64,000 bases of DNA from contig CAVUSO010000001.1 in assembly GCA_963744145.1 (NCBI GenBank), positions 4,608,001 through 4,672,000 on the forward strand, read 5' to 3'. Source of the DNA: an uncultured cyanobacterium (GTDB lineage: Bacteria; Cyanobacteriota; Cyanobacteriia; Cyanobacteriales; CAWUOF01). The notes beneath the pieces were generated by a model. It was not told the origin of the DNA. It ran no database searches and saw only the letters and a list, made by a program, of their open reading frames with translations. Shown here piece after piece: positions 53,701 through 63,000 of the stretch. Within the stretch, counting starts at the first letter, position 1; the number at the start of each line of letters is the position of its first letter. A program made the translations under genes and the position numbers.

Positions 53701-53880
53701 ATGCAAATTTTCACCTTTTATTCTCAGGTAAGCTCAGATGGAATATTACGTCTTGAATTACCTATTAACACCCCAAATTCAGACCTAAAAGTTACCGGGA
53801 GTGTCCAGCAGATTAATAACTCTAAAAGAAGTCATACAGATTCTAAAAAACGCTTTGAGCAGATGCTAAAAAAAATATGA
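53701..53880 (+). CDS. Small 59-aa protein resembling cyanobacterial antitoxin-like proteins, possibly truncated
   Basis: Hand-translated: MQIFTFYSQVSSDGILRLELPINTPNSDLKVTGSVQQINNSKRSHTDSKKRFEQMLKKI*; below the ORF-track cutoff. Confidence 0.5.
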   Translation: MQIFTFYSQVSSDGILRLELPINTPNSDLKVTGSVQQINNSKRSHTDSKKRFEQMLKKI

Positions 53881-53886
53881 AGAAAG

Positions 53887-54273
53887 TTAAGTAGGAGGAT
53901 TATCCTCTTGATTACGCTGATTAATCAGAATATCAAGCATCCGTCTTGTCTCAATTCTCAAACCCACAATTTCTTCTTGCTGTCGATCCATTCTTTGAAA
54001 TAACTGTTCTCGTTCTTCCCTAGCTTCTGCTGCCACATTTGCTAATGCTTGAATAACGCGAGCATTACTCTCAATTAAGCGATTGTTATTCTCCGTTGCG
54101 ATCGCAATATTATCCACCCGATTGGTCAAAGTTTCGAGGGAACTAGCGATATTATCTACCCGATTGGTCAAACCTTCTACCGAACTAGCTATACTATCTA
54201 CCCGATTGGTCAAACCTTCTACCGAATTAGCTAGACGATCTAGTCTCGCATCATCCCATTGCTGTCTACTCAT
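53887..54273 (-). CDS. Small coiled-coil protein, paralog A
   Basis: MSRQQWDDARLDRLA..., heptad repeats (VEGLTNRVD); the track start at 54288 is an alternative. Confidence 0.75.
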   Translation of the reverse strand: MSRQQWDDARLDRLANSVEGLTNRVDSIASSVEGLTNRVDNIASSLETLTNRVDNIAIATENNNRLIESNARVIQALANVAAEAREEREQLFQRMDRQQEEIVGLRIETRRMLDILINQRNQEDNPPT

Positions 54274-54389
54274 AGTTTTTTTTTCCAAAATTGCTGATTT
54301 TTATCATAATTTAGATTTTAGTTATTTTACTAATCATGCCGCGATCGCCTGTTTTTCTACGGTGCGATCGCGCCGACTTTATAATTGAG

Positions 54390-54713
54390 TTAAGCAGTAG
54401 GATTATCCCCTTGGTTACGCTGATTGATTAGAATATCAAGCATCCGTCTTGTCTCAATTCTCAAACCCACAATTTCTTCTTGCTGACGATCCATCCTTTG
54501 AAATAACTGATCCATCCTTTGAAATAACTGTTCCCGTTCTTCCCTGGCTTCTGCTGCCACATTTGCTAAAGCTTGAATAATGCGAGCATTACTCTCGATC
54601 AGGCGATTGTTGTTCTCAATAGCGCGATTATTATTCTCAATAGCGCGAGTATTACTCTCAACCATATTGGCCAATCGGTCTAGCCGCTCATCATCCCAGC
54701 GTTCTGTACTCAT
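54390..54713 (-). CDS. Small coiled-coil protein, paralog B
   Basis: MSTERWDDERLDRLA...; C-terminal half nearly identical in DNA to paralog A. Confidence 0.78.
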   Translation of the reverse strand: MSTERWDDERLDRLANMVESNTRAIENNNRAIENNNRLIESNARIIQALANVAAEAREEREQLFQRMDQLFQRMDRQQEEIVGLRIETRRMLDILINQRNQGDNPTA

Positions 54714-55439
54714 ATATTTTCTCTTTTCCTCTACTTTTTAGGATAACTTCAATTTTAATTCCTTTGCGTAGATGCCGCGATCGCCCCGACTTTCCTTATT
54801 ATACTAGCTTCCACCTCTGTCTATCCAAAAATATCTCCCTCAACTACAGCCCAATTTCTCTTTTATCCGTTGACAGTGTTCTACAATTTTTGGCTCTTTC
54901 GGCATTTGGTGGTAAAATGTAACTGCTAATACATTTTACGAGGTAGTCAAAAATGGACTTGCACCTAGATATTTTACTAAATTTGCCTAATGTAACGGTT
55001 TTTACTTGTGATCAGAAAGAAGAATTCACGGATTCTAAAACTGGATTTATTGAACGATAAAATTAGTTGTGTTTACTACGGAAAATCGACGGATGAAATC
55101 TATCAAATTCGTCCGATTTTAGTCAGGGATTTATCAATTTGTGGTCAAGGAGTATATCTCCAAGTACCAAGACGACAAATTTATTGTCCATCTTGTAAAA
55201 AATACTCAACCGCAGCTTTAGATTTTGTAGAAAAAGGTCGTAATTATACTAAGAGATCCGAGGAATATATTTATGAGCGAGTCAAAGAATTAACAGTAGA
55301 GCAAGTGAGTCGTCATGAACAACTAAGTGCAGAACAAGTGCAAAATATCTTTTCAAGAATTGCCAAAACTAAAAAAAAGACTGGTTGCTACCAGAAAGAC
55401 TGAGTTGAGATAAATTCAGTAAAGAAAAAGGAAAAGGAA

Positions 55440-55463
55440 TGTTTCGACTCCGCTCAACACAAG
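55440..55463 (-). repeat. 24-bp small dispersed repeat inserted in the ISL3 transposase
   Basis: TGTTTCGACTCCGCTCAACACAAG; removing it restores KGKGKFVTVVSD. Confidence 0.85.
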
Positions 55464-55590
55464 AGTTTGTTACGGTAGTTAGTGACCTTGATCAAGGGTC
55501 ATTATTAGAAGTTATAGATTCCCATAAAAGTGATGAGATTATAGAAGTCTTCAAGACTCAACCCCTTGCTATAAGGGAGAATGTTAAGGA

Positions 55591-55618
55591 GTAGGGGCGT
55601 ATTGCAATACGCCCGTAC
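55591..55618. repeat. 28-bp GTAG REP-like palindrome inserted in the ISL3 transposase
   Basis: GTAGGGGCGTATTGCAATACGCCCGTAC, between NVKE and IDMWGG; two mismatches from the 34338 copy. Confidence 0.85.
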
Positions 55619-55939
55619 ATAGATATGTGGGGCGGTTTTCCGAAAGTTATAAAAGAAGTTTTTCCTCATACCTTAATTGTAATTGACAGGTTTCATGTCA
55701 TGCAGCTAGTAAATAAGGCTGTCAATAAAATCCGACTTATGTTAAATTTAAAAGGTTTAAAAAATCGCTACTTACTTATTAAAAATGCTAGCAATTTAAC
55801 TGAATCAGAAAAAATCGAGCTGGAACAATTATTGAATTGTTCTCCTTGTTGAAGAATTGCTGATGATTTGAAAGAAGAATTAAGAGATATTTATGAAACC
55901 AGTAATACAGTAAAAATGGGATTGAAAAGATTGAAAAAA

Positions 55940-55963
55940 CTTGTGTTGAGCGTAGTCGAAACA
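55940..55963 (+). repeat. 24-bp small dispersed repeat, second copy in opposite orientation
   Basis: CTTGTGTTGAGCGTAGTCGAAACA; adds LVLSVVET in frame within LKRLKK/WLG. Confidence 0.85.
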
Positions 55964-56205
55964 TGGTTAGGTTTTGCTCGGATAATCTTAGGGCAAGTTG
56001 CTGACACTCTATCAAAGCATATTCAAGAAATTTGTAACTATTTTGTCAGTAAAACAACTAGTGGGAAAAGGTCAGAAATTAGTAACAAGATTAAATTGAT
56101 TATTAGACAAAGCTATGGGTTCAAAAGGTTTGATTATTTACGAGAAAAACTATTAGCTTGCTTATTTTAATAAGTCGTACTTATCACCACAGATCCGGGA
56201 GAGCC

Positions 56206-56537
56206 AAATTACCTTCTTCGTAGGATTTTCAATAAACTGTCTTTTCCAGTTCTGACACTGATATTTCTGTTTTTTATTATGAATTCTACCATTTTTGACC
56301 ACATGACTAGAACCACAATTAGGACAACTAAGGTTTTCGTTTGACATCCTGTAATAAACCGAGAAATTTGCTTAGATTATTTTCAGATTAGCAGATTTTT
56401 CTCCAAATTAGGATGAGGAAATTCTATCTACTTAATCTAAATTAATAATTATTATTAATAGTCAGACTTATAATTAAGTAATAACAAGTAAATTTGAACA
56501 GGAAAAATTTGCTCATCACTACATTTTTGGCACTACC
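56206..56537 (-). mobile_element. IS1-family remnant (terminal repeat and zinc-finger N-terminus) abutting the ISL3 end
   Basis: MSNENLSCPNCGSSHVVKNG..KQKYQCQNWKRQF from 56347; end sequence GGTAGTGCCAAAAATGTAGTGATG on the minus strand from 56537. Confidence 0.72.
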
Positions 56538-56545
56538 GAATTGTC

Positions 56546-56588
56546 TTTCTCCCCATTCCCTGGTAGGGAAGGGGGTTGGGGGGTTAGG
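56546..56588. repeat. G/C-run intergenic repeat (CTCCCC..TTCCC..GGGAAGGGGGTTGGGGGGTTAGG type)
   Basis: Imperfect hairpin plus G-tracts at the helicase 3' end; single copy in this window. Confidence 0.5.
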
Positions 56589-56594
56589 TCTGAT

Positions 56595-58076
56595 TTAGAA
56601 GGGAGGTTCTTTCAACTCTGAATCTTCTTCCCATTTAGCTGGAGATTCCGCAGCACGTTTATTATTATGCTTGGGAACATCATAGAGAGAAGGAGATTTT
56701 TGTGCTTTGGTTTCACCATGACGACGCATAGATGTACCTTCCTCAGCAGTATCTTCTGCGATTACTTCATATAATATCGCTTGTTTATTTTGCTCCGTTC
56801 CTTTCCGAAGCACTCTCCCTAAACGTTGAATATATTCCCGTTGAGAACCAGTTCCAGATAACAGAATTGCTACTCTTGCATCGGGTACGTCAACACCCTC
56901 ATTTAAAACATGGGATGCGACTAAGGTTTTATATTCACCGCTCCGAAAACGAGTTAAAACTTGGTGACGTTCTTTGATTGGTGTTTGATGGGTAATTGCA
57001 GGGATTAGAAATTCTTGAGAAATCCGATAAACAGTAGCATTGTCTGCGGTAAAAATGAGAATACGTTCGGGGTGATGTTGGGATAGTAAATCAGCTAATA
57101 TGCGAATTTTGCTGCTAGTTCCCTGGGAGATTTCTTTAGCTTGTCGATGTGCTAACATCGCTCTTCTTCCCGCAGACGATCGCGCACTTGCTTGTACAAA
57201 TAATTGCCAACCTTCCATTTTCCCCAAGGAAATATGAGCGGTTCGCAAAAATTCATTACGAGTTTTAATTAGTTGATTATAGAGTTCTCGTTCTTGCTGG
57301 GATAGTTTAACCTTAATTTGGACAATTTTATGATCAGCTAAAGCTGCTCCAGCTAATTCTTCCGCAGTTTTCCGATAAACTTCTGGACCAATTAAAACCT
57401 GCAAATCTAAATGTTTCTGATCGGAACGTTCTGGTGTTGCTGTTAATCCTAATCGATAGGGTGCGATCGCATATTCGGCAATGACTCGGTTAAAATCTGT
57501 AGGTAAGTGGTGACATTCATCAAAAATCACTAAAGCATAACGATTTCCCAGGGATTCAGCATGGATTGCTGCACTATCATAGGTCGCGACCAAAATTGCA
57601 GTGCGATCGCGAGAACCTCCTCCTAATAATCCTATTTCTGCATCAGGAAAAGCCGCAACTAAATGAGCATACCATTGGTGCATTAAATCTAATGTTGGTA
57701 CTACGACTAGGGTACTACGAGGAGTAGCTTCCATAGCTAATTGTGCTAAATAAGTCTTACCCGCAGCTGTCGGAAGAACTACTACACCTTGTCGTCCCGC
57801 TTGTTTCCAAGCAGTTAAAGCTTCTTGTTGATGAGGATAGGGAGTCATTACTAAACTCGGTACGAGTTCTAAAGGGACAAATCCCTTTGCTTCATCAATA
57901 AAATTACTTCCCTCTGCTTGGAGGGTTTCTACCAATCTGCGATAGTTGATTGCTTCAATCCGAAATTTTTCGACCCGATCGTCCCATGTCGCAAATTCCA
58001 CCCAAGATTTGCCCCTCGGTGGTGGATGTAATAGTAGTGTACCCCCATGAAATGTTAATGTTGGTGTGCGAGCCAT
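56595..58076 (-). CDS. SF2 DEAD/DEAH-box helicase (ResIII / XPB-like)
   Basis: LPTAAGKT, DECHH, LGLTATP, LNEGVDVP, YIQRLGRVLR. Confidence 0.92.
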   Translation of the reverse strand: MARTPTLTFHGGTLLLHPPPRGKSWVEFATWDDRVEKFRIEAINYRRLVETLQAEGSNFIDEAKGFVPLELVPSLVMTPYPHQQEALTAWKQAGRQGVVVLPTAAGKTYLAQLAMEATPRSTLVVVPTLDLMHQWYAHLVAAFPDAEIGLLGGGSRDRTAILVATYDSAAIHAESLGNRYALVIFDECHHLPTDFNRVIAEYAIAPYRLGLTATPERSDQKHLDLQVLIGPEVYRKTAEELAGAALADHKIVQIKVKLSQQERELYNQLIKTRNEFLRTAHISLGKMEGWQLFVQASARSSAGRRAMLAHRQAKEISQGTSSKIRILADLLSQHHPERILIFTADNATVYRISQEFLIPAITHQTPIKERHQVLTRFRSGEYKTLVASHVLNEGVDVPDARVAILLSGTGSQREYIQRLGRVLRKGTEQNKQAILYEVIAEDTAEEGTSMRRHGETKAQKSPSLYDVPKHNNKRAAESPAKWEEDSELKEPPF

Positions 58077-58106
58077 CTGTTTAGTATAGCTGGAAACCAG
58101 ATCATA

Positions 58107-59342
58107 TTAATAGCGCGATCGCCACCTCCACCACAATCGACCACCAAAATAGCCGCAGATAATTCCCATTATTATACTTATTATTAATGATAATCCAAAA
58201 TTAAAAACTGCATTACTAGGGATCATAATTTCCTTACCTTCCTCAAGTTTTTTAGCAGGAAATGGTGTGATTACTTCAATTAAAGGACTAATCACCGAAG
58301 CGGTTGCTGAAGTAACACCGATCGCAATGCCAAAGGTGGCAATTTCTAATTGTAAATCGCGATCGCTCTGGATTTGCTTACTAGCTACCATTGCGCGTAA
58401 ATTATCAATCCAGGTATTCCACACTTTTACTCTCGATGTCAGAACATCAATGTCTTTTTCTACCTGGATTTGATATTTTTCTTGAGCAATTTGACTAAAA
58501 TCGTTTAGACAAATTAGTTCAGTATTTAGCTGTTCTTCGTTTCGAGCTTTAATTTCGATGCTATTTAAACGTTCTTTATAGTTGAATAAATTTATTTTAA
58601 TCGTCTGCTGTTGGATTTCTAAGTAAGTTTGATCAGCAATAAATTTAGATAAAGTTTGGAGATTTTGACTTAGTTCTATTTTGAGATTCTCTAAATTTTT
58701 ATCAATATGATGATTTACTGATAGGGTTTGACTACTAGATGGGAAAAAATTAGCTGGTAAATTGAGTTGTAAAGTGTTACTATAAGCCCAGAGGATTTTA
58801 TTGCGGTAATAAAATAAGTTAACCCAATCTTCATAGAATTTATTAATTTTTTCTAAGGTAGTTTGATTAGGGAAAATTATAATTACAATTCGACTATTTT
58901 TTTCGGTAGTTAAGTCTTGCCAATTTTGGGTAGGTTGCCAAATTTCAAAAATCTTTCCCCCCATAAATTCCCCTGGTGTGGGGTTTTGGGGACATTTTTC
59001 TCCAGAAAATGATTCGTAGATGTTTTTAGCTAGGATGGTAGTATCTTTTGGCTCAATATTTTCTGGTAAATATCCTATTAACATCCAAGTTTTTGTCAGC
59101 TCTGTGGTTGGATGAAATTTTGAGTTTATGTTTTTTTGAAAGTCTCGAAAACAGCTAATTGGTTGAGGAGTTGCTGATTCTGAAGATGCGATCGAATAGC
59201 AATATAAATCAGCTTTGACATCAGATAATGGCAATTGTATCCAAAAATAGGTTTCTCCTTTTTGTGGATGGTTATCTAGGTTTGGTTGGTGGTTAAAGTG
59301 ATAGGTAAATAAAAATAGATGGGGATATTTTAATTCATTCAT
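58107..59342 (-). CDS. Hypothetical protein with coiled coil and two C-terminal TM helices (candidate membrane effector)
   Basis: Soluble N-terminal domain, long helical region, IATFGIAIGVTSATASVI and FGLSLIISIIMGIICGYFG hydrophobic segments, basic tail WWRWRSRY. Confidence 0.75.
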   Translation of the reverse strand: MNELKYPHLFLFTYHFNHQPNLDNHPQKGETYFWIQLPLSDVKADLYCYSIASSESATPQPISCFRDFQKNINSKFHPTTELTKTWMLIGYLPENIEPKDTTILAKNIYESFSGEKCPQNPTPGEFMGGKIFEIWQPTQNWQDLTTEKNSRIVIIIFPNQTTLEKINKFYEDWVNLFYYRNKILWAYSNTLQLNLPANFFPSSSQTLSVNHHIDKNLENLKIELSQNLQTLSKFIADQTYLEIQQQTIKINLFNYKERLNSIEIKARNEEQLNTELICLNDFSQIAQEKYQIQVEKDIDVLTSRVKVWNTWIDNLRAMVASKQIQSDRDLQLEIATFGIAIGVTSATASVISPLIEVITPFPAKKLEEGKEIMIPSNAVFNFGLSLIISIIMGIICGYFGGRLWWRWRSRY

Positions 59343-59499
59343 TAGTTATACCGATTGATCTGATGTGTTTGTTATTTTTCATTGCTGTGGAGTGAATGAT
59401 GAGAGTGTTTTGTGTTCTGGTTTAATTGATAGTTAACGGATTGATCCCCCAGAGCCAACCTTAATAAGGGCTAGGGAGGATCTAAATCTTCAGACTCTA

Positions 59500-59985
59500 C
59501 TATACTATATGTATAGGGACAATCTCATATAGCACTTCAGATATTTTTTTCACCATCTTTTCGGCACTTATTTTCAATGTATCAGTTGACTTAAGCATTT
59601 TGAGCAATTCATCTACCTCTTTCGTAAATAATTCATCTACCTCTTTCTTAAATTCCTCTAACGAATCCCTTGACAAATCAGAATTTCTGATCTCCTTATT
59701 CTCACGTTCAGGTAATCGTTCACCTTCATCTAGAGGCACCACACACTTATTACGCGGCTGTTGGTGCTTCATTAACTTATCATAATAAGCCTGAAATACA
59801 TCATTTAAAGATTTATCCTGATAGATAATCTGACTAAGTTCCTCCATCGCTGAAGAAAAATCCTCTTCAATTCGGGAACTGAGTTGTTTAATTTCACTTT
59901 CTACCTTACTATCAAGAGCATCTACATGATATAGCGTCGCCAAAAAAGCCCGAAAAATCAATTCATCTTCTAAAGTGTAATTCAT
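59500..59985 (-). CDS. Small acidic alpha-helical hypothetical protein
   Basis: 161 aa; 29 bp downstream of the TPR-CHAT gene; internal 24-bp duplication at 59606-59653. Confidence 0.75.
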   Translation of the reverse strand: MNYTLEDELIFRAFLATLYHVDALDSKVESEIKQLSSRIEEDFSSAMEELSQIIYQDKSLNDVFQAYYDKLMKHQQPRNKCVVPLDEGERLPERENKEIRNSDLSRDSLEEFKKEVDELFTKEVDELLKMLKSTDTLKISAEKMVKKISEVLYEIVPIHIV

Positions 59986-60014
59986 AAAACAATTGGGTAA
60001 TAAATTTCATCCTC

Positions 60015-63000
60015 CTATTCCTCATTACTAGCTTCATAACCAGTAATGGTAAAACCTGCCCAATAATAGGGATCTGCATAGGTCTTGATTTCCATTATAT
60101 CAGGTCTTTGGCGGATTTGGTTGCAGCTACTTTGCAGTGCTCGCCAACATTTTGACCCTTCCGGGATAGTTGTCATCAATTGTTCATACCATTCGATGAG
60201 ATTGCTTTTGGTGACTGTCCTGAGCCAATTTTGCGCTTGTTTTAGAGCAACGGGTGGTGCATGATCTGGGAGATTTTCGTAAAATTTTATCATCAGATTA
60301 GCTGTGGCAATGTCCTCTACTTCCCATAGGGTACTCACCACATATTTCGCCCCTTTAGCTAAAAACCCACTCCCTAAACCGACGTATTCGTTGATTAAAT
60401 CTTGGGAACTGGTTAAACCAGTTTCGCACGCGGACAGACAAATGAGATTATATCTGTGAAAATCTAGTTCAAAGATGTCGGTGAGGGTGAGTAATTCTTT
60501 CTGAGTTAATTGTAATCCTGAGTCTTCGGGATTGTCGAAATTATGAATCCCATGTCCGGTAAAATGGAAGATATCCCTACCTTGTTGGAGCGCCACTATT
60601 ACTCTATTTTTATCAGCACTTTGTTGGTTGAGCAACTGATGGGTTTGGGGGTATTTGTTGATAATTAGATCGGATTCAGTAGCAGAATAAACCATAGTCC
60701 CACTGGGATCTTTCACCATCAATAGGTTAGTAGGTGTGCTGTTTTCCCTGGGGAATCTTCGGCTCATTTTGATGGTAGGTAGGTAAGTGATGGTAAAGTT
60801 TTGCTCCCAAAACAGATAATGGAGGGGTAGGAGATGGAAGTCACGATGGGGACTCAGGATCAGGTGGGTGATTCCAGTCAGATATTGCTGGCAAATTGTT
60901 TCTATATTGAGGATTTCCTTGAGGTTATTTAAACTGGTTTCTAGGTGTTTTTGCCAATCTTTGAGACTAGGGTTTTGAGCATCTTTGTGCTTATTTTTTC
61001 GGGAATTTTGATATTCGCTTTTCCATGTTTTCAACCATTCTTCTAGGGAGGACAGATGTTCCTTTCGATCCAATGTGAAGGGATAGATGTCTGTGGTAAT
61101 AACTTGGGGATCTCCTGAGTGTCTAATGATAAAGGTGGTGAGGGAAAATGGGCTTAGGTGCCAATAAATTATCGCTGTTTGGGGCTGATTTGTCAGTAAT
61201 CCTTGGATCTGGGCAAAAGTAGGGCTATCGATTTGGTCGGGATTTTGCCAACCTGTTTCCATCCATTTGAGAGATTGGTTTTTCCGTCTTTCCGCTGTTT
61301 CTAGAGCAAGGATTTGCTGTCCAGACTGAACTAATTGCTCAATCTTAAATTGGGAAAATGCGCTAAATTTGCGGTTGAATCGTAGTTTTATTTCTGCTGG
61401 AGTGTCATGATCTAACCTTAAATTCTCTAGTAGGTTAGTACCTTGATCAAGATATTCATCAGCTTGACTATCTCCTAAAGCGCGACAGACAATGATTAAT
61501 GCTTGTAAGACTTCTAGATAAGTCTCAGTAATTATATAATTCTTAGCAATAAGGGCAGATTTTAGGAATTCGCAGGCTTGTTCATAGCTAGCTTTGGCTT
61601 TACAGAAATATACTGACTGAAAATTTGTTCTTTTACCATATTTGTAATGTGCCTCGCCTTTTTGCTGATGCAATGTACCACAAGCTAGACGATAGTCAGG
61701 GTTACTTTCCTGATATTTCTTTAAGCCTTCATCCCAGTTTTTAATAGCTTCTTCGTAGCGATCGGAATCAAAAAACGCCAAACCTCGATTATTCCAAGAT
61801 TGCCAATCTTGATCTTTGGCAATATATAAGGCGCGGTCATAAGCGGCGATCGCCTCCTTGTATCTCCCTAAATGATAGAGGACAATGCCCCGTCCGCCAT
61901 GGGGAGCAGCGTAGTTGGGGTCTAGGGCGATGGCGCGGTCATAAGCCTCGATCGCCTCGTTATATCTCCCTAACTCACTGAGGACATTGCCCCGTCCGTG
62001 ATGGGAAGCGGTGATGTTGGGGTCTAGGGCGATGGCGCGGTCATAAGCCTCGATCGCCTCGTTATATCTCCCTAAATTAGCGAGGACATTGCCCCGTCCG
62101 TGATGGGAAGCGGCGTCGTTGGGGTCTAGGGCGATGGCGCGGTCATAAGCCTCGATCGCCTCGTTATATCTCCCTAACTCACTGAGGACATTGCCCCGTC
62201 CGTGATGGGAAGCGGCGTCGTTGGGGTCTAGGGCGATGGCGCGGTCAAAAGCCTCGATCGCCTCGTTATATCTCCCTAAATTAGCGAGGACATTGCCCCG
62301 TGCCGTATGGGGACGGGCGATGTTTGGGTCTAGGGCGATGGCGCGGTCATAAGCCTCGATCGCCTCGTTATATCTCCCTAACTCACTGAGGACATTGCCC
62401 CGTGCCCTATGGGGAGGGGCGATGTTGGGGTCTAGGGCGATAGCGCGGTCAAAAGCCTCGATCGCCTCGTTATATCTCCCTAAATTAGCGAGGACATTGC
62501 CCCGTGCCGTATGGGGACGGGCGATGTTTGGGTCTAGGGCGATGGCGCGGTCATAAGCCTCGATCGCCTCGTTATATCTCCCTAACTCACTGAGGACAGT
62601 GCCCCGTCCGTGATGGAAAGGGGCGATGTTGGGGTCTAGGGCGATGGCGCGGTCATAAGCCTCGATCGCCTCGTTATATCTCCCTAACTTACTGAGGACA
62701 GTGCCCCGTCCGTGATGGGGAGGGGCGATGTTGGGGTCTAGGGCGATGGCGCGGTCAAAAGCCTCGATCGCCTCGTTATATCTCCCTAACTCACTGAGGA
62801 CATTGCCCCGTCCGTGATGGGAAGCGGTGAAGTTGGGGTCTAGGGCGATGGCGCGGTCAAAAGCCTCGATCGCTCCTTTTAAATCCCCTGCATAGTAACG
62901 AGCTACCCCTTGATTATATAAATCTTTTGGATCTTCTCCTTCGTTCTTAGGTTTCCTTGCCAACAATTCTCGCCCAATCTTTCCCGCTATCTTCGATATT

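Larger units (their letters stand above)
54892..56205 (+). mobile_element. Decayed ISL3-family insertion sequence
   Basis: Imperfect terminal IRs GGCTCTTTCGG.. / ..CCGGGAGAGCC. Transposase fragments from ATG 54953 (MDLHLDILLNL): VRDLSICG..VYLQVPRRQ, FVTVVSDL, IDMWGGF, IVIDRFHV, NKIKLIIRQSYGF. Several stops and frameshifts; no clear target-site duplication. Confidence 0.88.

Noticed and set aside
61812..62873. 102-bp array as a CRISPR array or DGR target
   Set aside because: Units are contiguous, in frame and protein-coding with no unique spacers. No cas genes, reverse transcriptase or separate template repeat in the window, and the changes are not adenine-specific.
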